DNA of 64,000 nucleotides from Phoronis australis (lineage: Eukaryota > Animalia > Phoronida). Every line of letters starts with the position of its first letter. Position 1 is the first letter of the stretch. Position numbers and translations under genes: made by a program. Below are positions 1-12,727 of this stretch, piece after piece. The stretch covers positions 79,941 through 143,940 of the forward strand of contig NMRA01000465.1 in assembly GCA_002633005.1 (NCBI GenBank). Reading direction: 5' to 3'. Under the pieces are notes generated by a model. The model was not told where the DNA came from. It saw only the letters and a program-made list of their open reading frames with translations, and searched no databases.

Positions 1-360
1 ACACTCCGACAGTCACTATGTTTAGGTCAGTTTTCCCAAATCGACGGAATCGGCCTAACGCCACCCAAATTTTAGCTGGGAATTGTAACTACGCTATTTC
101 ATGGGAAACCATACCTTTGAGGACGGCACAACGGCTATTTTTTTAAAGTTGTAGTGAGACATCGTTCACGTCTTTTATTTTCTAACTTCAACGAGCATAT
201 CCACATGTAACTATTTCGTACGCATCGGTTATGCGCACTTCCGTATTTAGAAGTCGAGATGCGCCATCTATTGGCTGCGTTCCCGCTCCAGTGCGCTTTT
301 CTCCAATATTGGGGTCATGTAGTCACCTATGAGAATAAAATGATCGTTAGAATGTAAAAG

Positions 361-667
361 CAGTGGCGGATTTAGGGGGGAAAGGAGTCATGGCCCCCTA
401 AAATTCTACCTGATACTATTTGGCAGTTCGGGTGCGAATTGCTGACTAGCATATGCGCGCATCAGGGGGGCTCGGAGGGCGAATAATGCCTTGAAAAAAT
501 TAGGTTTACGTTTTTTTCTTTTTTAGTAATAAGGTCCCCAACCAAAAATTCGAGACCCCTGCATCACTACATTTTAGGCTGGACGCAAGCGTGTGCCGAA
601 ATTCTGCATGGTTATTCCTGTGCCCTGCCCCCCCCNCCCCCATCTCAAGATCCTGGATCCGCCCCTG
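361..667. mobile_element. MITE with CAGTGGCGGAT...ATCCGCCCCTG terminal inverted repeats, containing a nested second element
   Basis: TIRs at 361 and 667. Related copies at about 25654-25807, 35160-35308, 41010-41111 and a left end at 30612. The internal 451-595 segment resembles the element at 10317-10539. Confidence 0.65.
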
Positions 668-2734
668 AAAAGAATGGAACGTTTGTTATATATCGGATTA
701 GGGTGTAAAAATAGTGAGCACTAACAAAGCTCCTCTTTTTCTGATAACATGTTCGAATACTAAAAATACTAAAAACTAAGCCCAGAATTCAGTGAAAATC
801 AACAGGGACATTGTCCTTGAATTAGGGGCCTTTCATGAAAAGATCTTTATCTATTTTCGATAATATTGAGAATTTAACGTAGAGTTCACTCTCGATTTGT
901 ATCAAAGCCAAATATTGATCTGGTACTAGACAATCAGTGTTACCACAAGTCCACAAATATGTGATAGACTTAGAGAATTTAGCTGAGTCCCTATTTGCAG
1001 CCGCCGGGCACTGATCCCAAAAATGTGGCAATGATCGAGACGCATTTGATTCATTTTTAAAGCCACTCTTGCTTCTGGGCGATGTTTCTGCTAAAAAATC
1101 CGGCAAATTTCAAATTCGACAAATGAAGTCATAGTTACGATGCGCGTTGTCTGCATTTTGTATTTTCCAGACTTGGAAGACACAGCTACATGTAGTTTGT
1201 AAGCTAAATATCTGTGACAAAACTTACAAGCAGGAGACTGGGAGTGCAAACTAGGTATTCAATTGGAAAAATGTGTATTTTCAACGAGTAATAGGCTCTA
1301 CGTGGCAAAGATGTTCTAATAAGCCTTGTGTTCAACAAGCCATGTTAATAGAACTTTCTACAGGTACATTAACCTATAATTAGTCGCATACGTGTTGGCA
1401 CTATCCATCTTAATATTTCCAAATTCCTTCTTTATAGGTGATTCCACGCCCTTGGATGTGAAAAATCTTCCAAAGTGTGTTGCAGGCGGTCTACAAGGTA
1501 TTATCACTAACTTAGGCCTCAGTACCTAGGGCACAACATTGGTGGCGGGGATGTATCAGTACACGTCTTTGGTACTTGTCTTGTAGACGGTTCAATGTGT
1601 GACAGCTTACAGACGAAAAGCTGAACTATGCGGAATCCACTTTTTATACAAACGTCACAACTTTTGTCGTTTCATCTCGGAATTTATAGTGTCAACATTT
1701 AGAAAAGGTAGCCGATCACAGCACGGGCACTTGAATCAATCTGTTCCTCATAACGACTGGCACCTACACTTACTGCAACAAAACATGTGTTATTGTTATG
1801 TCTCTTATCAGCCAGCCTAGCTTGGCATCAAGACTAGTTTCTTATCTTATATGGTTGAGTCATTGAAAAATTGTGTGCGTGTTCCGTGGATCTACCTCCA
1901 TCACCCAATCCTCTCGTATCTCTGTTGCTACAAGTTATCATGTTTCTTAGCGCTTTCGGGACCTAACTCCAATTACTGTGCATTATATTTTTCATAATGT
2001 GCATCAAAAAAAAAAAACATTTCAGAGTAAGTGTCATTTACTTAAATCTCTCCCGCCTTGAAACTTGAAAAATGCCTTCTGAACTCTGTGCTTGTTACAC
2101 GTGTACACTGACGTCGCGTGCTCGTTTTTTTGACAAGGCAAGAAAGTTGTTTGGGTTTGGCGAGCCACTTTGGGTAGGCATACATGTAGTTTCAGTAATC
2201 GTTTGCAACTCGGACGAGCGTTGTGAAGTAATTTTTGTACGTTATTTATTTCACAATCTGTTTATAAATGCCGCATCCATTTTATTTTGATTTATTTTTT
2301 ACTTCATAAAGTGGCACAAAATCCGTGCTTTCTGTCACAAATCATGTTTCAGGTCACTTACCGTTAATATTCCATCGGTCTCATGTTGTTCCTCAGTCAA
2401 AATAAAACTGACGGGTCATTATTTCTTCAGACCAACCTCAACAAATTTCAGGTCAAGGCGTCACCTGAAATTTTATGAACTTTGTCAGAAACAATGTTTT
2501 TTGTCAATAATGAAACATTGCACACGAATTTCAAATTTCAACATTTAATTTTGTCATATTTCACCCGAAACTCGTCGGCTTAGAACAAGGAAATAAGCAA
2601 TTTTAAACGCGGGAATTTCTTGCACTTGAAAACTACACCTACGAGGGAGGTGGTAAACCGTTTTAAAAGCTCCTCCAGGTCGGAGTCAAATGGCTGAAAT
2701 GGATGTACTTTTTCTACGTCAAGTTACGCATTTA

Positions 2735-2892
2735 GGGCCACCGCAGACGTGTTGAGCCGTCTGCCCCAAGTGATGGACAGCTGAGCTCGTAACTCACGTT
2801 ACGGCGGCAATCACTGACGGAATGAACAAGCTGTAAGTGGCGTTCGCTTGAAGTAGTCAGTTTAGCTCGTAGCTTTTCGTCTGCGGTGGCTC
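2735..2892. mobile_element. Short PIF/Harbinger-like MITE upstream of ZP gene A
   Basis: 15-bp TIR GGGCCACCGCAGACG / CGTCTGCGGTGGCTC (1 mismatch), flanked by TTA and TTG. Confidence 0.55.
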
Positions 2893-3063
2893 TTGGGCCT
2901 AGATTACAGAAAACAAATTCTACATCAGGTTAAGATCTTAAAAGTAAATAAAAAGATCTTTCTGCATCGTTCAACTTTTGGTTTGCATATGAACAGAATT
3001 CTCTACATCAAATTATAATGTTTTTGATAAAAATTCTGTTAACGTAAAAACATGTTTTTACAG

Positions 3064-6000
3064 ATGGACAATTTTCATTTTCTTCAAGTTCTGCCATGTC
3101 TGTTACTGAGCAACAATTTCTTGGTGAGTACGTCTTCTGAGCTATGACTTTTCACATACTTCTGAAGTAATATTTCTGCTGTATGTATTACCAGTTCACT
3201 CACGATTCTTTAAAACAAGACTGGTTCATTGTTATACGACTGTCAGTGCAGTGACGCATTTGTATCTTTGGAAACTTGAGGCTACGAAAACAGCCGATAT
3301 GTGCCGGATGCCCCCGCAGGTGTTTCATATCTGGACTGAACCAAGTTTCTTTTGCGAAAAGCAAGATCTCACAAGAGCTCACAAAATCAAGGGACTGAAA
3401 GGCGACTGTTCGGAGAGTATACTATAGATTATTAGGACTACATGTACAAGTAGTTCCATAGCAGACCCGAGGTATCGCGGATGAGGCCACAACCGTAGCA
3501 ATCCGCCAGTCGCCAGACAACGAGATTGGCTCGGCCACTAGTGACTCACCACAAATCGTGGAAATCGACATTTCGTGAGCCCTCATAAAGAATCGTTCGG
3601 CGATTAACGAGTAAGGGAGGTAGAAGAACCCCAGTTACCTAAAGCAAAAGTAGTCACGTGACTTTGTTTTTAATGCCCCACTTTACAACATAAGGTTGTG
3701 CCTTTTGCGTATAAAAATGGTTACATGTAGGCTATAGATAATTCCGACCAGAAATGAATAACGAAAACACGTGCAAGTGTTGCTTTACGAAGTTTTGAAA
3801 TGGATGATCCGTACACAGGCATCCGGAACACCTCGAGTATTTGAGTAACCTGTTGAACACGGTCTGTGTCACTCATACGTGGGTTCCTGTTAGCGTATTG
3901 CACAACTGTCATCATCAAGGGTTCTATAGTAAAATGTGTACCTATACCAACAAATATAAAAATCTGATCCCTGGTAGCGAGAGTATCCAATTATGTTGCC
4001 TCTTACTTTCAGGCGTCTTTTTCCGCGGAAACAGGTAAGACATAAACTCCATTCACACCAGCATTTTAAAGCGTTTTAAGTTAAAATTGTTTAAGTCTTT
4101 ATTTGAAAGCTAACTCAACGCCTTCTATGCTTAATGAACATAAAGATTACAAGCTGATGCCTCTGAAATCAAACGATCTGACTTAACTATTACAGCACTT
4201 TCATCTATTTGCCAATTTAAGGGATTTTATGGTATAGTATGTGCGCATATTTTGTCCACGTGCCTATACGTGCAGTCGTGCGTGCCCTGAAACGCAATAG
4301 TGCAATTAGAATAAAAGTTTTCTTATACCTGGCCAATTTTAAATATAAATATGGCATAGGAGCCTATATGAGGGTATCAGTAACCCTACGCGCTTACAAG
4401 CGAAACTGCGGCTACCTGAAAAGCGTTTGCGCAGAAATCAAGGAACAACTTTTTGAAATAGCACGATGTTACATAACTTATTCGATAAAAATCGAAAGTC
4501 TCATTTCAATTACAGAGTTAGTACACAAAAGACACAAAGAAAGCACATACTCATACCAGTACAGATAACCGCCTGCGCCAACTAAGTGGTGCACGAGGTG
4601 CAAGCGCCAAAGTACGAAACACTTGAGCAAACGGTTTTTGAAAAAAAATCACGTATCAAATTACGCAGATGAGCCTTATTATACTTGTAATGTCCAAGAT
4701 TTTTTTAAAGAAGATGTTCCTGTATTGGTGCTACTTTACGACCTAAATTGGCGGTTAATTGGAATATTATCGGTTTTGAGAGCAAAAAACGCATTTTGGG
4801 GATTATTTTTGGATTGGAAAGACATTTTGAAGTTATGAGCTGTGACCAGACATTGGCTGAATCCACGGCCGGTGTCTTTGCTTTGCCTAAAATACTCTAC
4901 GAGTTAACGCGTGGTATTCGGCTGTGCGGCAGAACATTCGGTTGCTACTGCAAAGTCCTTTTAAACTGCGTGCGTGAATGTGTCTCCTAAACACGTACAT
5001 GTACTTGTATGACGATATGATTTTACATTACTGAACGATTATTAATATGACGCGGTTGTAGGCTATATTCGATCACCTAAGCTTCAGTCTCGTACCAGTG
5101 AACACTAAACTCGCAATACGACTTGCATGCCCGCATTCCTGAACTACGCACCAAATATTCTAACATGGCCGGCTCACCATATGGGGGGCTGGGGGGAGGG
5201 GCTATAGACCCCATTTTTTTCAGTGCTAGTCGCCGCCCATGTCTAAGTACTCTGTGACCTAACTCCACCATACATGCTGACACGCTTCCAGAGATTTGGA
5301 CCTGTAGGTGCAGTTGAGAAATTTGGTCACCAGGTACAGAGACTGGACACACCGCGCTTGGAATATTTTAGAGCTGTGTGTGGAGTTTAGAGACGCGTTT
5401 CCGGAATTTGCAGCGCGAGTTTCGTGTTTTCTGGTCCTGCACACTAAAGTACAGAGGTTTAAAATTTAAATGGCCGGCTATGTAATCGTTTCCACTCCCT
5501 ATTACATGTCACATGTAACACACCAAAATAATCCCGTCAAACAGGTGAATACTTTTGTGGCCAAACTTCCACGTCCCTAAAGGTGTCGTGGCAGTCGGGA
5601 GATGCTACCAAAGCACGAGTTTTTGTTCGCTACCATTCGCTGCAGCAGGCATGTACGATGACACCAACTGCATCAGGAAGGACACTGACTGTAAACTATG
5701 GAGAGTGTGGGATTGATGTAAGTTACTGTCAAGTATTGTACTTATCTTCTGTCTTTGATTCTTCCTACAATATGTATTCTGTAAACTGGCTGAATATAAT
5801 TTGTAAGCAGGTAAGTGTTTTACGTTGAGATATTTGCCAAACCTAGTCTAAAATTAGTGTGAGGGCATGTTGAAATACCCCAAGACCTTTTCCGATCTGG
5901 GTTTCCCAACTTGGTGATGTCGTGTGGACAGATAATTTTGATTGGACAATAGATTGATCAAACGAGGCACAAGTCATATCGTCAATGATTGCTGCCGTAG

Positions 6001-9000
6001 TCTAAGAAATGTCACTGTAGCCTCCACAGCGCTTGCACAAGTGTTTTAACTTCCTCCGCAACATGTGGCAAAGTGTCATCAAGTTGTCCGATGTAAATAC
6101 TAGTGGACTGACCAAATTGTACAGTAAGAGTTGTGATTCAGGAAATGTCAAGGCAGTGACCGATGCCACGGAAAACAGACTGGTATTGTAACAAAAACGG
6201 AGTCGCAACTCCTAATAACAGGTTGCAAATATGTAATTACAGATCGGTATTCTGTCGAAACGCATTGGCAATCCGCAATAACAGATTACATTTTCTGAAA
6301 CTAATTGTTGCAATTGTACCTTCGTAATCCATCAAGTTTGTCCACCGTACAAACGACTAACTGACCTTTTGGCTGTTATTAGATAAACGGAAACGTACAA
6401 TGAAATTCCGTTACAATTCCTTCGGCTTTAATTGCACAAGTAATTGTTGAACAATGACATCTCTTAAAACGGAATCCAAAAGTACCCCGCGCGAGACGAT
6501 TATCAATAATTTAAGATGGCACGGAGTTTTCCGACAGAGGATACGGTTGCGTTCGGAAGCTAACGCGTCTAAAGCCCTAGAGCCTTATCAGCACGGATGA
6601 ACACGGCAGTCCTGAAAAGTTCCGCGGATCCCGCCGGATTAAGTTCCAGAATGATGCACGCTCATTTTGGAGTTCGGACGGCCGTCGAATGTCCGTCGGC
6701 AACTGGAAGAACCCATACAAATCACGGCAGTTATACGGAATGGACAGGCGCATTATACGAACGACCACAGACCTTCCCGGACAGTCATGGCAGAACGACG
6801 GAGCTAGAAAGCGGTGACACAGACAGTTATGGATGCACACGGGCCAACACGGCGGCTATACGAATCGCCCATCGCCATCTCCCCGTGTTGGTATCCACAG
6901 AAAAAAGAATCCTACGTTAAAACCCTAACCTGTCAAGATTGAACAACTCGACCGGTTTGTGCACCTCAGAATCTGCCGGTTCAGATCAAAGACATCATGC
7001 TTTTGTGGTTAATTAAATTGCCTAAAGCTGCTGATGTCGTTCTGCAGATAACGAGACCCATAGACATTGGTGGCGACAATAGTATGTTTAAATCTTCGTT
7101 TTGAAAGTTCGTAAATAGAGTATTTGAATAGTTCGTGAAAAGCACACGCTGATTAGGATTTTGAATTTTGAAAATTGGACAAAGAATGTGACATTTACAA
7201 CCTAAAACGTTTTTTCAATGTTTCATATAGAACCCTCAGTAATTCTGCTGTGTGCACCATAATTGGGTCAATTACCAAATCACATGATCAGGCAGCAGTT
7301 GGATTTTGAGGTAAGCCAGGTTCCATCGTACAATTCTTGGCATGAAGGACCCACACGGACCTTTAAGGACGTTCCCGGACCATCAGGGATAGCCGTGCAA
7401 CGTCACGGCTATTACACACTTCACAAGACTTATCGTGCCGGATGTGGTCCGTGTTGATCCGTCACCCATATGGGACTGGCGCTCAACACTGATGTTTACG
7501 TATGGGAACTGCTGTAAACTACAAGTTGAGCACTTTATGCTTATGTCTTGTTCTTCAGGCTCTGATACAAGGCTCAAATAATCAAACTATTAATGTCACA
7601 ATGGTTTCAACTGTGTTGAACAACGGCGCCATCAGTAGTTCATCAGACAAGCTATACCAGTATCAGTGTCACTTCTACCAAGGAAAGCCATACGCGGACG
7701 TGTCAAAATCTGCTGTCATCAACCCGCAGTACGTACAGCAAACAATTACCTGTCATACTTCCACACCAGGGCCGAGTTGCATAAAACTTATACGCCGTAT
7801 AACAACAATGACGCCGCATTATCAAGCGCCACGTTGTTATTGTTGAACAATGCACCTGACGTAATGCAACAATCAAACTTATCCAGCGTGTAATTTTTAT
7901 GCTGCCCAGCCCAGTTCTATATTAGCATGTATACGGGTAGTGTGCCGGCGCCCCTTTCTGGGTATGCGGACTTGAAGGGTTTTAGTCAGATGATGTGACC
8001 GCGAGCGCGTACGTAGAGACAGTGAGTGCGTCTCGTAGTGCTAGTTTCCTGCGAGGTTACAGATATCGCATCAAATCACACAAGTAGAAAGCAATATAGA
8101 AACTGGCAAAACACTTTGAAATCCGATAAATCACCAAAACAATAACAACTCTCATCGCGGTGAGAAATCCACTAACATAAATGGGGATCCGCGTGTGCCA
8201 CTGATGATCATGTGAAAGGACGACCCGGCAACTTTTTCCCCGTTGCTAACTCTATAGGCTAGTAAGTCTATCGACTATCTCTATCCATAGACTTACTATC
8301 TCTATCCATAGACTTACTGTAGAAATAGTAAGTCGATAGAGTTAATAAGTCTATCTCTATAGTAAGTCTATCGATAGAGTTAGTAAGTATTTATAATAAT
8401 ATCGATAGAGTAAGTCTATCGATAGAGTTAGTAAGTATATCGATAGAGTTAGTAAGTATATCGATAGAGTTAGCAACGGAGACTCGAAAAAAAAGTTGCC
8501 GTGCCGTGCCGTCCTTTTACAGCCACCGTAGGATCGCTTATCATCCGCAACTTTACAACTTCAGCGATAGCCAAACATCTCCATCCAATATTGACACCTG
8601 ATCCAAAACGTGTCACTGTTCTCCCTGAACCCCCTATGTTGAAGTTTAAAAAGCCAATGTAATATAGGCAGTAGTTCAATTAAAAGAAAAGTTGCCAGCT
8701 ATGATACACCTGCAAAATGTACCTTCCCATGCAATAAACTCAGAGGCCTCACCTGCCAGCAGATTCGAAACGAGGTGCCGTCTAAATTCAACACCCAAGT
8801 GGGCCTCACCTGCCTGCAGATTCGAAACAAGGTCTACATTCAACACCCAAGTGGCGAAAGTTCATAGTCAGAGATAAATTTACGTGCAAGTCAACTTACC
8901 TCGTTTGATGCTGTCTCTGTCTGGTACATGTGTTAGACCGGCTGTTCTCTCCATAAGCATCCCAATAGACACCGTAAACTATCTGCGACGGTTTCCCGGT

Positions 9001-12000
9001 TCCGGTGGCGAAATATTTCACTCACAAAACTATAGCAATGTTGATGGGGAATCGTCACAACAACCCATATCAGCAGATCCAGAGAAATTTACACCAGCGT
9101 GAACGGCGGTCATAATAAAGACATGGACAAAATAATCCACTATCAGTTTTTAATTTTTCCTCGCCCTATGCCATTTGTAGTTTTGAATAGCTAGGTTGGT
9201 ATAAAGAAGCCTCTCGCGCCATTCCTCCTCATATCTGATGAAGCGCCACTCTCATTAGGCTCGAAAGGTAACCTGTTTAATAAATAATTTTTACAGGATT
9301 TTAAAGTGCTTTAAATCACCAATTTCATGTCAAAAACACCAAAAAATAAAACTTCGCCACCATTGCGTGTATAATGTCATGGGGTCTGCCCTCTTTGCAT
9401 CATTTAACATTGTATAGATACTATCATCCCTTTACGTTTAAACACCTAAATATATTCCACGCCAAATTGCCTATCCTTGCATGCACAATATCATGGTGAC
9501 TGCCTTCTTAGTGTGTACCATGTCAAGGTGACTGCCCTCTTGCATGTACAGTGTCGTGAGGACTGTCCTCTTTTTATGTACGATGTCATGGCGACTGCCC
9601 TCTTAGCGTGCATGATGTCTTAGCGACTGCCCTCTTAGTGTGTACAATGTAATGGTGACTGCCCTCTTTGCATGTACAGTGTCGTGAAGGCTGTCCTTTT
9701 TCTATGTACGATGTCATGGGGAAAAGAGAGAGTGGAGTAGATGAGGGCGAAGCCCTCGGACAGCTTCGCAAGATCGGTAGATCCCGCCTTCTGTCCTTGC
9801 TGTGGTTGGTGTGGACGTGGATCGAGCGGCAGGACGTGGTAGGCTGGTGGTGGTGTTCTTCTTGTGGAGACGAGACGCTGGCTGGATGGCAACAGCGTTA
9901 TTGACATCTTAGGTGTGAAGTTGGATTAATGGCAACAGCTTAGAGTTTGATTCGCATGAAGCCAGCTTATTGGCAACAGCTGTCATGCTAGTATTTGGAT
10001 GTCTTTATACTGCCCCGTCGGGACAGTTTTTTAGTTTCGTTGTTTTGGTGTCTTTATACTGCCCCGTTGTCCTCTCGGAACAGTTACAGGTAGCGCAGGG
10101 CCCGAACACTTGGTGCTCCGGTACATGGTTGTCACTAAAGTTCGGTTGTCTTTATATTGCCCCGTCGGGACAGTTTTTACCAGTTGAGCATGGCCAGAAC
10201 ACTTAGGTGCTCCTGGAATAGGCTTGTTACCGAAATGCGGCTTAGTGTGGCTTCGCGGAGTGACGATGTCATGGGGACTGCACCCTTCGCGTTTATATTG
10301 TCGTAGGGACTGCCCGCATGCGCGCACCCAGGGGGGCTCGGAGGGCTCGAACGAGCCCCCCCCCATTTGGCGAAGTGGGCAAAAAGGTTCGCGTCAGAGA
10401 AACAAAAAGGCTCAGACGCACAGTTCCCAGTACTGAAGGTCGTACCCCGTTTTTTTTTTAATCTTCCAGCTTTTCTGTTAGCAAAAGGTTCACTTGATCA
10501 GAAATTCGACCCCCAAACTAGAGGCTGGGTGCGCGCATGTGCCCCTTGCATCATTTAACATTATATGGATACTATCACCCCTTTTGTCATTACAGTTTTA
10601 AAAATTTACTTACCGGGACTTAACTTTACGTTTAAACATCTACATACAGTCCACACTAAATGGACCGTCCATTGCCTAATGTATTTTGGGTATTTTAAAT
10701 GTATTATCTTCTACGAATAAAGTTTGTTATTGTAGTATCTCACATGGCTCGTGTGTCTTCGTCAAAAATAGGCTACTCAGACATGTGGTTGGCAGAACGC
10801 TGACACTGGTTTTTATCGGTTATTATGGTAGCACTAAACTTTGTTCAATACTCCAGATAGCAAGTCTGTCTAAATTTGTGGACATTTGGTATTTGCATTT
10901 ACTATCGTCTTCGTCGTTGTAGGAGTGTTATTACGCCCGGGGACGTGGGCTTGATTCCTGTATCCTTACAAATGACGGATCTGCAGTTTGTACCGATAAC
11001 AGACGTGTCAGTTGGCACCAAAATTTTAGCCGAGATTACGTTTGAAGATAGTAAGTAATGTAAGATTTCTCGTCCGTTAGTTTGTAGTCTCGTTGCAAGT
11101 TGACACCGCGAGACAAATAATTTGCACTCGCTTAAACGGAAACACTGAATTCAATCCCATAATGTAACATATCAACCTCACCGACCAATCACTGCTTGCC
11201 ATTCTATTAGGAAATGTCTGTAACTTTGCTAGCATTCTTACGAAACATTCGCTTTTCACTCACGTGGTTTTCCGAGGTCTTGCGAGACCTTGCTTTTCTC
11301 GCAAGAACTAGGTGTACTGCACGCTCTTTAGGTTTTTGAGTTTTTAAAATCGTGTCTTCTTGCTGTATCCAGGTTTGAACGTTTACCAAGGGGGTGGGAT
11401 CATTGTCGACGTCACCTACGCGGCATCCGATAAGCATCCTAATACGCCAACTGTCGAAGTGATTGCTGATGGGTATGTAGAGCGTAGTGCTACGTTGCAG
11501 TTTATTTGACGGATTGTATACTGCACTCTTGGTTTTTAAACCTTCTTCTCTACCGTTTTGGATGAGATCACCTTTTCAGCAATTCTAAACACACAACGTT
11601 GCAATTACAGAAACACTTGTGTGAAACATTTAGTTTATATTTCAACCTTTATTTTAAATAATACACGTCATTGCGATGTGCACTTTATCACGTGTCCGTG
11701 CGTGGAGTTTGTTTATTAAGCATTCACTTGAGTCTTATCGAAGGTGCTCAACCGGAGACGACGGCAGCCCTGCAGAAACACCTCAAGTCGTTGGACAAAA
11801 AACGGGGAACAAAGTGACTCTCAGGTCTTCTAAAATAAAAGCGGTCTTACTGGACGTGGAAGGGGACACAAAACTGACGGTTCACGTGACTGCCACTCTC
11901 TGTGCCGTAGCAAATGATCCACGGTGTCAGCCGGTAAAAATCATTTATGTAAACCCGTATCTCACCTCCTAATCCTGGTCCTTGTCGCTCAGCCGCAGTC

Positions 12001-12727
12001 CTCGCCTTCGAGGCTATAGACCTTACTCAAATGTGGTCTACTGCTCAGCTAATAAACAAATAAAGAACAGCGTCCACGCCAATACAAAACACAAATTGTG
12101 AAAAAACTCAGCTGACATTCGCAAAATATACTTATCGTTTTAAGACATTGTTCTGTATAAGAGACACTCACCTGCGCCAAGGGCGCATGCCCACATGAGC
12201 GGAATATTGGGCAAAAACAATCTTTTGATAAAATACACGTCTTCTAGTATTGGCTAAAGGGCCAGAATCGCGTGAACTAAATATTTTGAGTTGTTAGTTA
12301 TTTCTTTCGGCTTTTAATCGACGACTTCACGCTTTATAGGTAAACTGCCAGGCCAAAAAAGCTGGCAGGAGGCGCCGAGAAGCCGAAGAAGGCCTTTATA
12401 TCGCTTTTGCAAGAGCTACGTTGACTGTTCGAAAGGGTAAGACGTTTGCACTATTTCAAGTTATGTTGAAATGAAGATCTGCTTAAAAAGATGGTCAGTC
12501 ATTCTTTTCATGATGTTTTTCCAGCGCACGCTAGACCGGAAAAGCCAGCAAGTAGAAACACATCCGACATCTTTACCATCGTGCCCACGACGCTTGCTGG
12601 AATCTTCCTCTTTGCTGCCGCGACGTTCGTTGTGTACGTTATTGTGCAGAAGACCAAGCGAAGATCTGACCGAGTGCTACGTCACGTCCTGTCGGTTGAC
12701 GCTCCTGGCTGTAGGCACGCTTGTTAA
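3064..12727 (+). CDS. ZP (zona pellucida) domain membrane-anchored protein, paralogue A (9 coding exons, 380 aa)
   Basis: Exons with canonical AG/GT ends and consistent phases: 3064-3123, 4013-4034, 5545-5717, 7559-7728, 10923-11050, 11373-11472, 11744-11933, 12340-12436, 12525-12727 (1143 nt, open to TAA). Protein: N-terminal leader MDNFHFLQVLPCLLL; four ZP-N-like Cys (EYFC, QQAC, GECG, YQYQC); ZP-C-like ...IADGC...HVTATLC...PRCQPVNC; furin site GRRRR; hydrophobic strand YIAFARATLTV; TM helix IVPTTLAGIFLFAAATFVVYVIV. Every exon has a matching exon in paralogue B. Confidence 0.85.
7767..7914. mobile_element. MITE, dispersed family (second copy at 50288-50443)
   Basis: Near-identical internal sequence to 50288-50443 (AGTTGCATAAAA...CAATCAAACTTATCCAGCG) with terminal inverted repeats. 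Confidence 0.7.
8215..8517. repeat. Foldback element with internal ~21-bp GTAAGTCTATCGATAGAGTTA repeats
   Basis: Inverted ends AAAGGACG...GGCAACTTTTT...CCGTTGCTAACTCTAT and ATAGAGTTAGCAACGG...AAAAAGTTGCC...CGTCCTTT. Internal tandem units occur in both orientations. Confidence 0.65.
8745..8853. repeat. Two-copy direct repeat of about 55 bp
   Basis: GCCTCACCTGCC(A/T)GCAGATTCGAAAC...TTCAACACCCAAGTGG occurs twice. Confidence 0.7.
9490..9720. repeat. Minisatellite, ~32-bp unit
   Basis: Unit approximately CATGGTGACTGCCCTCTTAGTGTGTACAATGT, about 7 degenerate copies. Further units at about 9360-9400 and 10260-10315. Confidence 0.75.
10317..10539. mobile_element. MITE with perfect 15-bp TIR
   Basis: CATGCGCGCACCCAG ... 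CTGGGTGCGCGCATG, with TGCCC on both flanks. Related sequence at about 451-595 and 20430-20470. Confidence 0.7.

Noticed and set aside
6577-6920. Overlapping 87- and 107-aa ORFs in a CG-rich patch of intron 3 of gene A
   Set aside because: No recognisable motif or splice context. Probably a repeat fragment whose boundaries I could not define.
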